Shown here: positions 8,347 to 19,300 of the stretch, piece after piece
How the letters are laid out: each line of letters starts with the position of its first letter
Numbering within the stretch: position 1 is the first letter of the stretch
Assembly: GCA_052344885.1 (NCBI GenBank)
Contig: DAWDYI010000002.1
Coordinates: forward strand, 1,546 to 65,545
Direction of reading: 5' to 3'
Origin: Collinsella aerofaciens
GTDB lineage: Bacteria; Actinomycetota; Coriobacteriia; Coriobacteriales; Coriobacteriaceae
DNA: 64,000 nucleotides
Program-made: the position numbers and the translations under genes
The notes under the pieces: generated by a model
What the model saw: only the letters and a program-made list of their open reading frames with translations
The model's database searches: none
What the model was told of the DNA's origin: nothing

Positions 8347-9450
8347 ATGTCCAAGCAGCGTCGTCGTAAGCAGAAAAAGCAGGTTAAGCCCGAGCTCAAG
8401 CTCAGGCAGTTTGCCGCTACCGAGCTTTCCGACCAGCTTGCCGCCCTTCCCTGCGCCGCCGACCTGCCGCGCTTTATGGTCGACACGGTCGCCGGCGCCT
8501 ATGCGCCCGCCGATGCCGAGCTCATGATCGAGGGCTTCGGCGCCGCGGCCACACGCCCGGTCACGCTGCGCGCCAACACGCTCAAGGCGACCGCCGAGGA
8601 CATCGCTGCGGCGCTCGGTGCCGCCGGCATCGCCCACAACCCCGTCGCTTGGTATCCGGACGCCTTTATCCTGCCCGAGGCCCAGGTTTCCGACCTATGG
8701 GACCTCGACATCTACCGCGACGGCAAGATCTACCTACAGAGCCTGTCGTCCATGATGCCGCCTTTGGTGTTGGGCGCCCAGGCAGGCGAGGACATCCTGG
8801 ACATGTGCGCAGCCCCTGGCGGCAAGACGACGCAGATCGCCGCCCTCACCCAGGGCCAGGCACACCTCACGGCCTGCGAGATGAGCATTCCCCGCGCCGA
8901 AAAGCTTGAGTCCAACCTCCACCGCCAAGGTGCCAAAAACGTGCCCGTCATGCGCATCGACGCACGCGAGCTCGACGAGTTCTTCCGCTTTGACCGCATC
9001 CTGCTCGACGCTCCCTGCACCGGCACGGGCACCGTCATCAGTGGCAACGAGAAAAGCCTGCGCGGCCTCACCGAGCAGCTGCTCGTCAAGTGCGCCCGCT
9101 CGCAGCGCGCGCTTCTGGACCGCGCCATGGGAGCCCTCAAACCGGGCGGCACGCTCGTCTATTCCACCTGTTCGATCATGCCGCAGGAAAACGAGGACGC
9201 CCTGCAAGAGGCCCTCGACAAGCACATGGATTGCGAGCTTATCCCCCTCGACGGCACACCGAGCGAAAGTGAAGCGCGTCGCGCCCAGGATGCCGGCGAG
9301 GAGCCGCATATCGAGTGCAACGCCCTCACCGAGGCCATCGCCGCCGGCCATGTCTCGGCCATCGCCAACGGTATGCCCGGCACGCTGACCATTCCGCCTA
9401 GCCGCGATTTTGAGGGCTTCTACATTGCCCTGATCCGAAAACGCAGCTAG
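8347..9450 (+). CDS. NOP2/Sun (RsmB/RsmF-type) RNA cytosine-C5 methyltransferase
   Basis: SAM site DMCAAPGGKTTQIA. Catalytic motifs LLDAPCTGTGT and YSTCSIMPQENE. Confidence 0.85.
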   Translation: MSKQRRRKQKKQVKPELKLRQFAATELSDQLAALPCAADLPRFMVDTVAGAYAPADAELMIEGFGAAATRPVTLRANTLKATAEDIAAALGAAGIAHNPVAWYPDAFILPEAQVSDLWDLDIYRDGKIYLQSLSSMMPPLVLGAQAGEDILDMCAAPGGKTTQIAALTQGQAHLTACEMSIPRAEKLESNLHRQGAKNVPVMRIDARELDEFFRFDRILLDAPCTGTGTVISGNEKSLRGLTEQLLVKCARSQRALLDRAMGALKPGGTLVYSTCSIMPQENEDALQEALDKHMDCELIPLDGTPSESEARRAQDAGEEPHIECNALTEAIAAGHVSAIANGMPGTLTIPPSRDFEGFYIALIRKRS

Positions 9451-9474
9451 CGCACGGATCAAAAACTCAACAAG

Positions 9475-9645
9475 CTATCTCTGTGCGCGTTTGCCCTGCT
9501 GGTCGCGATGCTGTTTAAGCATCGCGCGCTCCTTGCGTTCGGCCCTTTTGCCCTTAATGGCCGTGACCACAAAGTAGATGACCGCGGCGGCAACGATTGC
9601 GCCCACGCACAGGCCAATCGAGCCAAACATTGCTGTCAATTCCAT
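9475..9645 (-). CDS. Small membrane protein (56 aa), hypothetical
   Basis: Below the 60-aa track cut-off. My translation: MELTAMFGSIGLCVGAIVAAAVIYFVVTAIKGKRAERKERAMLKQHRDQQGKRAQR. One TM helix plus a basic tail. GAGAGGTG lies about 7 nt upstream of the ATG. Confidence 0.4.
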   Translation of the reverse strand: MELTAMFGSIGLCVGAIVAAAVIYFVVTAIKGKRAERKERAMLKQHRDQQGKRAQR

Positions 9646-9836
9646 ACCGCGTCACCTCTCTTTTAAACGGGACTTTCAAGATAGCACCTCGATCCTCGCC
9701 ACCACAGCTCCTTCACGTTCTCCCGCCCTTCGGTCTAACGGATGGTGCGGCGGGGAAAAATCAACTCGTCAAACGATTTAGCATTCGCAATTCCGGCTGC
9801 ATCGCGCCGGCCACCATCGCATAGAATCGAGCCTCC

Positions 9837-10928
9837 ATGGATACCCTCAACGACCTAAACGAACGCGTCGACGCCTTTGTCGGCACCAGCTCCTTCGACA
9901 CGCCTGCCGCGGCAAACGACCAAGCTCCCATCGATGTACCCGCCGAGGTTCACGAGGACATCGTCGCCTCGGTCGATTTCTCCGAGGTCGAGCTCGCAGA
10001 CGAGTTCACCGAGCCCCAGGTAGCCGTGACCCCCAACGGACTGCTCTCCATGGAGCCCCTGCCCATCGACGGACGTCTGCGCAAGGCTGCTCTTCGCATG
10101 CCCGACGAGATCGAGGAGGCCAGCGGCTTCACGCTCTTCGGCCGCCGCATCAAGTCGCTCATTTACACCACCGATGTCGCGGTTATCCGCAACTCCAACG
10201 CCGATGCCGTTTTTGCGGTCTACCCTTTCACGCCGCAGCCCGCCATTACGCAAGCGCTGCTGACCGTCGCCGAGTGCCCGGTCTTTGTAGGCGTGGGCGG
10301 CGGAACTACGACCGGTAAGCGCTCCGTGCAGATGGCAGCCGTCTCCGAGATGCAGGGCGCGGCGGGCTGCGTGGTCAACTCCCCCGCCACTGCCGAGATG
10401 GTCGAGCACATCACCAACATCGCCGACATCCCCGTCATCGCCACGGTCGTTCGCTGCGACGACGATGCTCACGCCAAGGTGCGCGCCGGAGCCAAGATTC
10501 TCAACATCGCCGCCGGCAAGAACACGCCCCAGGTCCTACGCGAGCTGCGCGAGCACTATCCCAACCTGCCGCTCATCGCACCGGGCGGCAAGACGCCCGA
10601 GAGCATCCGTGAAACCATCGCCGCCGGAGCCAACGCCATCATCTGGACGCCGCCTTCGGCCCAGCAGCTACAGACCGACATGATGCAGCGTTATCGCAAG
10701 ATGAAGGAAGACGCCACACCTGTCATCTCGCGCGACGATGTGCCCATTATCGACCAGGTCGCCGCCGCCGAGGTCAGCCAAGTCGAGAACATGAATCCCG
10801 ACGTGCCGATTCCCGACGAAGTCATCGAGCGCGTCGCTTCGATCCACGAGCGCGTCGAGGAGCATCGCGCCAATCGCGGCCTCAAGCCATCACTGCACGG
10901 CTTCTTCTTCCGCGGAAAGAAACGCTAG
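9837..10928 (+). CDS. Hypothetical protein (acidic N-terminus plus a possible TIM-barrel-like core)
   Basis: 363 aa with high-GC codon usage. The central alternating beta/alpha pattern (VFVGVGGG..., IPVIATV..., LIAPGG...) suggests a barrel fold. I recognise no family. Confidence 0.55.
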   Translation: MDTLNDLNERVDAFVGTSSFDTPAAANDQAPIDVPAEVHEDIVASVDFSEVELADEFTEPQVAVTPNGLLSMEPLPIDGRLRKAALRMPDEIEEASGFTLFGRRIKSLIYTTDVAVIRNSNADAVFAVYPFTPQPAITQALLTVAECPVFVGVGGGTTTGKRSVQMAAVSEMQGAAGCVVNSPATAEMVEHITNIADIPVIATVVRCDDDAHAKVRAGAKILNIAAGKNTPQVLRELREHYPNLPLIAPGGKTPESIRETIAAGANAIIWTPPSAQQLQTDMMQRYRKMKEDATPVISRDDVPIIDQVAAAEVSQVENMNPDVPIPDEVIERVASIHERVEEHRANRGLKPSLHGFFFRGKKR

Positions 10929-10940
10929 CCGCAACAGCAA

Positions 10941-10976
10941 GGCCCGCCCCACAAACGTGAGGCGGGCCGTTTTCGC
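10941..10976 (+). terminator. Rho-independent terminator
   Basis: GGCCCGCC (10941-10948) pairs with GGCGGGCC (10961-10968), followed by GTTTTCGCTT. It lies between two convergent genes. Confidence 0.7.
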
Positions 10977-11009
10977 TTGAACAAACATGCAGCGACGTGA
11001 TGGGGCAAA

Positions 11010-11900
11010 TTAATCCACGCGCTTGTCGCCCATAAAGAAGAGCGCCACCGTACCAGGTCCGGTATGCGAGCCAATCAGAGTACCGATGTCATTGATCTCA
11101 ATCTTGCCTTTAAGCTGCGGAACCTGTTCCTCAATCAGCGCCGCAACTGCCTCGGCATCCTCGCGGCACGCCGAGTGCGACATGATGCACTTACCCGAAT
11201 AATCCGCACCGTCCTGCACGTGTGCCATCATGGTCTTAGCCATCTCGGAAATCGCGCGCTTCTTAGTGCGAATCTTCTCACGTGGCGACAGCTTGCCGTC
11301 GCAATCGACCGTCATAAGCGGGCAAATCTTAAGCGCCGTGCCGATGATCGCGCTCGCAGCCGAAATGCGACCGCCTCGTAGGTAGCTCGACAGATCGGTC
11401 GAGAAGAACCAGTGGTGCAGGTTGAGTTTGTGCTCCTCGATCCAGGCAGCCGTCTCGTCGAGTGAAGCCCCGCTATCGCGCACGTCGGCGGCATATTCCA
11501 GCAACAGGCCAAAGCCCGAAGACGCCGCCAGCGAATCGATGACGCGCACCTTGCCGCCCTCGGGATAGCGATCCGCAAGCATCTGCGCCGCGACGCAGGC
11601 CGATCCATACGTGCCCGAAATACCCGACGACAACGTCAGGTGCAGCACGTCTTTACCCTCGGCAACAAACGGCTCCCAAAACTCCTCGTACTCACCCACG
11701 CTCACCTGAGACGTCTTGGGCATGGCGCCCGCGGCAATCTGGGCAAAAAACTTGTCCGGCGTAATCGACTGATACAGATCGTCCGTATAGACAACATCGT
11801 CGATCTCGTAATGAAAATACGCGACAGGAATATTGCGCGAGTCAAAGAACTCCCGAGTTCGGTCGGCGGCAGATTCACAGGTCAGGACAAAATCACTCAT
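11010..11900 (-). CDS. DegV family fatty-acid-binding protein
   Basis: 296 aa. TCESAADRT..., LSSGISGTYGSA and IGSHTGPGTVALFF are typical DegV segments. Confidence 0.9.
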   Translation of the reverse strand: MSDFVLTCESAADRTREFFDSRNIPVAYFHYEIDDVVYTDDLYQSITPDKFFAQIAAGAMPKTSQVSVGEYEEFWEPFVAEGKDVLHLTLSSGISGTYGSACVAAQMLADRYPEGGKVRVIDSLAASSGFGLLLEYAADVRDSGASLDETAAWIEEHKLNLHHWFFSTDLSSYLRGGRISAASAIIGTALKICPLMTVDCDGKLSPREKIRTKKRAISEMAKTMMAHVQDGADYSGKCIMSHSACREDAEAVAALIEEQVPQLKGKIEINDIGTLIGSHTGPGTVALFFMGDKRVD

Positions 11901-12163
11901 ATGAGGCTCCTTACGTATTGCTGCGCAAATTATCGCACAGTGAGCCTACATACGGTACATATGTCCACTATTTACCAAATCGAACCAAAAATAGCGAACA
12001 TCTTTACCACCATCGTCTCCACCGACCCCACGCATAAATATCTGAGAAAACACCCTCTGTCGTCTCCACTCAACCGCCATATCTACCTCAACTAAATCGA
12101 TTTACCAAACCGTTCAGCCGACAATTCAGCCGCTGGCGCAAAATCGAAACAAAAGCGGCGCAT

Positions 12164-12193
12164 ACTGATAAACGTTTGACGCCGTTTATCAGT
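12164..12193. promoter_or_regulatory. Perfect 11-bp inverted repeat just upstream of fbp (operator or 5' UTR hairpin)
   Basis: ACTGATAAACG (12164-12174), an 8-nt spacer, then CGTTTATCAGT (12183-12193). It ends 27 nt before the fbp ATG. Confidence 0.35.
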
Positions 12194-12220
12194 TTTACCA
12201 GCCCCATCGGAAGGTGTTTC

Positions 12221-14137
12221 ATGGTCGCATTCGGTCGCAACCCGCAAGACTTCAAGTATCTGCGCCTGCTGTCGAGACAGTTCCCCACCGAACAATCCGC
12301 ATTTACCGAGATTATCAACCTCTCGGCCATCCTCAACCTACCCAAGGGCACCGAGCATTTTATGAGCGACGTGCACGGCGAGTACGAAGCCTTTATGCAC
12401 ATCCTCAACAACTGCTCGGGCGTCGTGCGCGAGCATGTCGACGAGATTTTTGGCGACACGCTCTCCTTTGACGAAAAGGGCGAGCTGTGCACGCTCATTT
12501 ACTACCCGCGCGAGAAGATTGAGCTGGTCCGCAGACAGCGCGAGGACTCGCCAACTTGGTACAAGACGATGCTTGACCAGCTCATCATGGTCGCTCGCTC
12601 GCTTTCAAGCCGCTACACGCGCTCCAAGGTGCGTAAGGCCATCCCGCGCGACTACGCCTATATCATCGACGAGTTGTTGCACACGCACCCGGACGAGAAC
12701 AACTATCGCGTGCGCTATCACGAGCGCATCGTGGAGTCCATCCTGGAGACCGCCAGCGCCGACGACTTTATCGAGTCGCTCGCTTCGCTCATCAAGCGCC
12801 TGGCCGTCGACCACCTGCACCTGGTGGGCGATATCTTCGACCGTGGCGGCGGCGCTGCCAAGATTATGGACCGCCTGCTCACCTATCATTCGCTCGACAT
12901 CCAGTGGGGCAACCACGACCTGCTGTGGATGGGCGCTGCGGCCGGTGAGCCTGCATGCATCGCCACGGTGCTGCGCAACAACCTGCGTTACGACAATTAC
13001 GAGATCCTCGAGAACGACTACGGCATCTCGCTGCGTGAGCTTGTCGCCTTCGCAGACGCCACCTATACCGCCGGTGAGTCCATCACCCCGCTGATCAAGG
13101 CCATCAACGTGCTGCTCTTTAAGCTTGAGGGCCAGATTATCCAGCGTCACCCCGAGTTCGACATGACCGACCGCCTGCTGCTCGACAAGATTGACCACGA
13201 CACCGGCACGGTCACGCTCGCCGACGGCAGCGTGTGGCCGCTCACGACCAACGACTTCCCTACCGTCGACCCGGCAGACCCCTATACGCTCACGCCCCAG
13301 GAGCAGCACATCATCGACAAGCTCGTGTCCGAGTTTGTCACCGCCGATCACCTGCATCGCCATATCGATTTCCTCTATTCCCACGGCTCGATGTACAAGG
13401 TCGCCAACGGCAACCTGCTCTTCCACGGCTGCGTTCCGCTCAACGAAGACGGCACCTTTAGCAGCATGAACTGTCTGGGCACCTGGCACGCCGGGCGCGA
13501 TTATCTCGATTTTTGCGACCACATCGCCCGCCGCGCCTGGCGCGTGGGCGACCGCGACGCCCTCGACTGGATGTGGTACCTGTGGATTGGCTTTAACTCA
13601 CCCGCCAGCGGACGCCTGGTGCGTACCTTTGAGCGCGCCTATATCGCCGATAAGAGCACCTGGGTCGAGCCGATGGACCCGTACTTTACGCTTACCAAGT
13701 CGCCCTCGGTCTGCGATGACATCATGCGCGAGTTTGGCGTCGCGGCCATGGCATGCTCGCCGACCGGCCACATCATCAACGGCCACACGCCCGTTAAAAC
13801 CACCAAGGGTGAGCAGCCCATCCGCGCCGAGGGCAAGCTACTGGTCATCGATGGCGGCTTCTGCCGCGCTTACCATCCCAAGACGGGTATCGCCGGCTAT
13901 ACGCTCATCTCGAGCTCGCGCGGCTGCCGCCTCAAGTCGCACCGGGCCTTTACGACGGTTGCCGAGGCACTCACGCGCAACGTGGACATCGAGAGCGAGA
14001 CCAACCGTTTTGACCAAGCAGACCGTCGCCGCATGGTGAGCGACACCGATACTGGCGCCAAGATTCGCAGCCAGATCCAGGACCTGCGCCAGCTGCTCGA
14101 TGCATATAGAAACGGTGCTATCGAGGAGCGCGCCTAG
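12221..14137 (+). CDS. fbp: Fructose-1,6-bisphosphatase, class 3
   Basis: YLRLLSRQFPTEQSAFTEIINLSAILNLPKGTEHFMSDVHGEYEAF is the hallmark class-3 FBPase N-terminus. ATG at 12221 follows GGAAGG. Confidence 0.9.
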   Translation: MVAFGRNPQDFKYLRLLSRQFPTEQSAFTEIINLSAILNLPKGTEHFMSDVHGEYEAFMHILNNCSGVVREHVDEIFGDTLSFDEKGELCTLIYYPREKIELVRRQREDSPTWYKTMLDQLIMVARSLSSRYTRSKVRKAIPRDYAYIIDELLHTHPDENNYRVRYHERIVESILETASADDFIESLASLIKRLAVDHLHLVGDIFDRGGGAAKIMDRLLTYHSLDIQWGNHDLLWMGAAAGEPACIATVLRNNLRYDNYEILENDYGISLRELVAFADATYTAGESITPLIKAINVLLFKLEGQIIQRHPEFDMTDRLLLDKIDHDTGTVTLADGSVWPLTTNDFPTVDPADPYTLTPQEQHIIDKLVSEFVTADHLHRHIDFLYSHGSMYKVANGNLLFHGCVPLNEDGTFSSMNCLGTWHAGRDYLDFCDHIARRAWRVGDRDALDWMWYLWIGFNSPASGRLVRTFERAYIADKSTWVEPMDPYFTLTKSPSVCDDIMREFGVAAMACSPTGHIINGHTPVKTTKGEQPIRAEGKLLVIDGGFCRAYHPKTGIAGYTLISSSRGCRLKSHRAFTTVAEALTRNVDIESETNRFDQADRRRMVSDTDTGAKIRSQIQDLRQLLDAYRNGAIEERA

Positions 14138-14215
14138 CACCACCCGCGGGGATTGGCTAAACTTGCTAAGTTTGTCATCCCCGCGGCGCTTCGGCGCCAG
14201 CTTAAGGCAGGTACC

Positions 14216-14611
14216 ATGCAAAAGCTCCTTGCGCAGATTATGAAATTTGGCGTCGTCGGTGTCATTGCCACGGTTATCGACTTTGGCATTATGAATCTGC
14301 TCCACTACGGTCTGGGCCTCAACATCCTAATCGCCAACACCAGCGGCTTTATCATCTCACTCATCTTTAACTACCTCGCAAGCATGAAATACGTGTTTGC
14401 GCACAAGGAAGGCATGAGCCGCCGCCGCGAGTTCATCATCTTTGTCGTGCTGTCCGTGATCGGTTTGGTGCTCAACGATGGCATCGTGCTGGCGCTCAAC
14501 GCCGGCCTGGGACTCGAGGCCAATATCGCCAAGATCTGTGCCACCGCGCTTGTCATGGTCTACAACTTTGTGACCCGAAAAATCTTCCTGGAGGGCGACG
14601 AGACAAAATAG
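14216..14611 (+). CDS. GtrA family membrane protein
   Basis: MQKLLAQIMKFGVVGVIATVIDFG... and NYLASMKYVF. The track ORF starts at a TTG at 14153; I prefer the ATG at 14216. Confidence 0.8.
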   Translation: MQKLLAQIMKFGVVGVIATVIDFGIMNLLHYGLGLNILIANTSGFIISLIFNYLASMKYVFAHKEGMSRRREFIIFVVLSVIGLVLNDGIVLALNAGLGLEANIAKICATALVMVYNFVTRKIFLEGDETK

Positions 14612-14830
14612 CTCGAAACCCCTGTAGCATTACGGCGCCCACGGACGACGCGCACTCAGCGCAGTATCGTCCGTGGGTGTCGCTCGTTTACGGGCAAATT
14701 TTCAACGTTTGCGGATTAGCTCTTGAAAATTTGGCGAGTTCATATAGTTCTTGGCAAAGACCTTACGTTTCCCTTGTAAAAGCTCTAAAGTATCCTCTGC
14801 TCGATTCATCAACGCATTGGATGTGATTAC

Positions 14831-15238
14831 GTGCGCAAGGCGCTGGCACAACCTCATACCAAGCAGTTCCTCAAGTTTGCCGTCGTGGGTCTTATCTCCT
14901 TTGGCATCGACTGGGGCATGCTCATTGCGCTCGTCGAGCTGTTCCACCTCGACTTTTTGATGAGCACCACGGTTTCGTTTATCACGTCCGTCGTGGTCAA
15001 CTACTGGCTCAGCATGAAGTACGTGTTCGACCACCGCGAAGGCATGAGCCGCAAGCGCGAGTTCACGATCTTCACCATCCTGTCGGTGATCGGCCTGGGC
15101 CTCAACGACCTGTACATGTTTGTGGGCGTCACGTTTTTGAGCATCGGCTACCAGGCCATGAAGGCCATCGCCACATTCCTCGTCACCTGGTACAACTACT
15201 TCAGCCGCCGCTTCTTCCTCGAGGGCGCACGGTCGTAG
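14831..15238 (+). CDS. GtrA family membrane protein (paralog)
   Basis: GTG start. FLKFAVVGLISFGIDWG... and NYWLSMKYVFDHREGMSRKREF, clearly a paralog of the preceding gene. Confidence 0.8.
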   Translation: MRKALAQPHTKQFLKFAVVGLISFGIDWGMLIALVELFHLDFLMSTTVSFITSVVVNYWLSMKYVFDHREGMSRKREFTIFTILSVIGLGLNDLYMFVGVTFLSIGYQAMKAIATFLVTWYNYFSRRFFLEGARS

Positions 15239-15264
15239 TCGATTCACTATTTGCTTGAATGTAT

Positions 15265-15299
15265 AACCGGTTGGAATTCCCGTTCCAACCGGTTTTTTT
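15265..15299 (+). terminator. Rho-independent terminator
   Basis: 12-bp perfect stem: AACCGGTTGGAA (15265-15276) with TTCCAACCGGTT (15283-15294), followed by a T7 run. Confidence 0.85.
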
Positions 15300-15337
15300 G
15301 TTTGCCGAGAGACCCGGCGATCCAGTCCCATTCGCAT

Positions 15338-15377
15338 GAAAAACGGGCGGCTCGGATGTTGGTCCGAACCGCCCGTC
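15338..15377 (-). terminator. Rho-independent terminator closing the DUF4430 operon
   Basis: 14-bp stem with one mismatch (15343-15356 with 15364-15377). On the minus strand it is followed by TTTTT (complement of 15338-15342). Confidence 0.75.
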
Positions 15378-15398
15378 TGGCGCGCTATGTCGAGGCCT

Positions 15399-16310
15399 CT
15401 AGTCTGTAACGTAATACCAGACTACGTTGTCGCCGTTTGAGAGAACGTAGTTACTACAGGCCGTCATGGGCGTTGTGCCGTTGACGGAATACATCCAGCC
15501 GCTCGTGCCGCCGTACTGTTTCTCGGCCAAACCACCAATCGCAGAAACATACGTGCCGTACGATGAGCCGTGTGCGTTGACAGAAAGGCCCAGCGCGCAC
15601 AGGGCATCGTAAACGGTAGCGCCTTCGTTAAAGGTAAAGGTGCCGCCAGAGGACACAGGATTGCCCACAGCGCTCGATGTGACCGAAACCGTCACCGTAA
15701 CGTAGCTGGACTCCTGTGAGCCGCCCTGTCCGCCCGAGGGAGCACTTCCGCCATAGGAGCTGGAGGCTCCATCAGACGACTGACCGCCTCCCGAAGAAGC
15801 ACCGCCAGACACATTGGAAGTATCACCGGCTCCCGTATTTTGGGCAGCGGATTTATCGCCAGACTTCTTGCCGCCCCGGTCCTCGGACTTCTTGCTATCC
15901 GAGTTTTTGTCCGATTCCTTGTTTGAAGACTCGGAATCGTCCTTGGCGTCGTTCGAACCCTTGGGCTCGTCTTTTGCATCATTCGAAGATTTGGAATCCT
16001 TGGAACTAGCCTCGCCCGAAGCGGCAGACGAGCCAGACCCCTTGGTGTCCTTGGCGACGACGCTCTCCCCCGTCACGGTCTGAACGATCCAGTCAATGGA
16101 CCAGGCGCCGCTCTCGGAAGGATGAACGAAGCCCAGCGAGACGACGATCAGAATGGTGCACGCGGCAGCAAGAACGCCAAGGAGCGCCTTGCGACGAGAG
16201 GCGGACGCCGCCAAAGCGGCGCCCTGTTGCTTTGCATCGTCGAACTGAATGAACGAGGAATCTGGTTGCTTGGGGTCAGCGTCCTTGGATTTATTGGACA
16301 CAACCCTCAC
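15399..16310 (-). CDS. Membrane-anchored DUF4430 (transcobalamin-like C-terminal domain) protein
   Basis: N-terminal TM helix (LLGVLAAACTILIVVSLGF), a Lys/Asp/Ser-rich spacer, then a canonical DUF4430 domain (ATVYDAL...SGWMYSVNG...NGDNVVWYYV). Its GTG start abuts the stop of the upstream gene. Confidence 0.8.
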   Translation of the reverse strand: MRVVSNKSKDADPKQPDSSFIQFDDAKQQGAALAASASRRKALLGVLAAACTILIVVSLGFVHPSESGAWSIDWIVQTVTGESVVAKDTKGSGSSAASGEASSKDSKSSNDAKDEPKGSNDAKDDSESSNKESDKNSDSKKSEDRGGKKSGDKSAAQNTGAGDTSNVSGGASSGGGQSSDGASSSYGGSAPSGGQGGSQESSYVTVTVSVTSSAVGNPVSSGGTFTFNEGATVYDALCALGLSVNAHGSSYGTYVSAIGGLAEKQYGGTSGWMYSVNGTTPMTACSNYVLSNGDNVVWYYVTD

Positions 16311-19300
16311 CTACCGACGTTTGGTGAACACGAACACGCCGACGATGGCGAGGCCAATCACGCCGGCGGCGATGCCAACGATGGCGAGCGGATTGGTGCC
16401 AGTCTCCTGCTCGGAAGCACTAGAGGACTTCTTAGCAGTGGTCGTGGAAACAGCACCCGTATCGGACTTGGAATCGGACTTCTTGTCGGACTTGCCGTCC
16501 TTCCTGTCAGACTTCTTGTCAGACTTCTTCTCGTCCTTCTTATCGGACTTATCGGAGTCCTTCTTGCTGGGCTTGTTGTCCTTGGTCTCGGTCTTGGTCG
16601 ACACCGTCGTCTTGGTCATCGGCTTATGACCCGGAGCGACAGCGCCGCCAGCCTGCTGGCCCTTCGTGCCGGAGCCGGAACCCGTGCCCGTGCCAGCGCC
16701 AGCACCGGAACCGTTGCCAGCGCCACCATTGCCGCCATTGGAGCCAGAACCGCCATTGCCGCCAGGGTTAACAGCATTCTTGGTCCACTTGGCATACGGC
16801 GTCAGATCGGCCGTCACCGGCGTACTGAAGTCATACGCCTGCGCGCAAGTCTCATCGGTATACCAACCGCCGAAAGTGTAGCCATCGCGCGTCGGATCGG
16901 CTGGCTTGACCAGCTTGCCATCGGCCGTAGCAACAAACTTAGTATTGCAAGCAGACCCGCCGTTGGAATTAAAGACAACCGTCCAAGACTCAACGGCCCC
17001 AAGCTTGAACAGCGTGCCCGAGTCATTGATGTAGTACAGGTTGCCAGATGCATCGGCAATGACCGGAGAGTCACAGTGCTGGTAATGGCCAGCCGCATCA
17101 TAAATCTGCGTCGCCTCTGCATCACCGAGCGTATAGCGATACACGCCACCACCAGCAGAGTAGTTGACGTAATCCTTGCTATCCGCGCTGTTAACGGTGA
17201 AGTACACATAGGTCTTGCCACCCTGAACACTCACCAGCGGAGTAGCAGCAATACCGTTAAATCCGGCCGGCAGTTCTTTACCGTCAGCAGCGGTGACCAT
17301 CGTGGTCTTACCGGTCTTCAGATTATAGAGAGCCAGAGCAGAGCCAGTAGCCGTCTGTCCGCCGACAATCAAGTTTTCGCCAGCCACCGCCGGTGCGCTC
17401 ATGTTATTAGTAAGACCCAGGTCGACCGTCTTCTGCTCGCTCAGTACGCCCTTCGCCGAAAGCGAAATCACATGGAGCTTTCCATCGTGCGTCATCTGAT
17501 AGAAGGTGGAACCATTGGACGGATCGGCGACACAGTCGGCGTTCGCGAGAGCGCCGAGCTTCATGGTCGAAACGACATCGCCCGTCGTCTTATCAATGCA
17601 CTTAAGCGTGCCCGCGCTCGTAGGAACGATGGCATACTTATCCGTCAAAGCCGCACCAGTCCAGTAATAACCCTCGGAAGCGTCAATGTTCTGCCAAGAA
17701 ACTTCGCCCGTGGCAATCTTAATGCGCATAAAGGAGCCGTTGCCGTAGGTCGCGTTGTAATTCTCGTCATACGAAATATCGACCGTACCAACATAGACGT
17801 ACTCGCCGTCCGAAACGACGGTGCAGGAGCTCTGCGTCAAGTCCGTCAAACCGGGCGTCAGCCACTTGCAGATCAGCTTGTCTGCAGTAATCGCCTGGAC
17901 CGCACCGCCGTTGAGCGGAACGATGATAAGGCCATTGGTGTAGATCGGACGAGAGGTATAACTCACCTTGGAGGCAAGCGGCGCAGAGGCAACCTTTTTG
18001 CCCGTGGACGAATCGATCTTAATGAGCTCGTTCTCGGTCGCGATGTACACAAAGCCGTTAGCGATGACAGGCTCGCTGCAGTTGGCATACTGCTGACCAG
18101 ACTCGGCCTTCCAATCGAAGGCCCACTTAAGACCGGCGGCCTGCGCAGGCGTCTTGGCATCCGTTACGGTCGAACCGTTGCCACTGTTGCCGTAGCCGGC
18201 CCACTCGGCATCCCAATCAGGAGTCGTCGCGCTCGGGTCCACGACAATCTTGTCGGGATCGGGCATGGCCGAATCGTCGGTGGTATAGGCAAGCGTAACC
18301 TTATCGCCGCTCTTGAGCGTAATCTGATTGGCGCAGAGTAAGGAGGGCTCTCCGTTGATATACAGGTGCCAATATTTATTGGTCGCAGCATCCCAGGCAT
18401 ACGGCTTGTGATCGAACGGCGAGTTGATGGAATTGAGGAACCAGTACTCACCACTCTGGGAGCCGTTGTACGTAACGCCCTTGGCCTTCAGGACCGTCTC
18501 AATAAGGTTCTGAGCCGTAGAGCCCTCGGGCAGGGAAACATTGCTTGCCGAGCCCCAGCGAGTATTGTTGCCGTTGACATCGGGACCGATAACATCGACA
18601 GACCCAAGAACCTGGCCAGGAAGGGCATCGGCGTCAGCACCATACATAAAGGTGACGGCATCGCCCTCTTGGAGCTCATAGGCACCGGCGCCAACGTCGG
18701 CGAACTTGCCATTTACATAGAAGCGCCAATAGCTATTAGTCGCAGCATCCCAGCCATAGGACTTACTATCGAACGGCGAAGTAATGCCGTTGAGGAACCA
18801 GCCCCAAGACGATTCGCCAGCATCGAGAGTAAGACCGGTCTGCTCAAGGAGATCCTTGGCAGTAGAGCCCGCCTTGAGACTCGTCTGGCCCGTCGAAGCC
18901 CAAACCTGCTGCTTGCCGTCCTTGTCCTTACCAAGGACCTGAACGGAAGCATGGACGGAATCGGACGGCAACTTATCGCCCCAGCCACCGTAGAACCACG
19001 TAACGGTATCGCCAGCATGAATGGTGACATTGTCTGCCGTGTAGTCGCTCGACTTGCCGTTGATGAACAGCTGCCAATAGGTCGAATAATCTTGGGGCGT
19101 ACCCAGCTCAACACCGTTGTACTTAAGGCTCAGAATGAAGGAGCCAGCAGCAACGGCGTCGATGTCATTCGCCTCAAGCGCGACCTTCGTAAGGTCAAGT
19201 GCGCTCGAACCGGACGTCACCACATACTGCGCGTTATCGACCCAAGTCTGAGTCTTGCCCTGGGCATCGCGACCAATGACGGTCACATTTGCGGCAACCT

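Noticed and set aside
16311-16420. LPXTG sortase signal at the C-terminus of the giant surface protein
   Set aside because: The sequence before the TM helix reads SEQETGTNP, which has no LPxTG or LAxTG. I therefore call it a TM-anchored tail with KRR rather than a sortase substrate.
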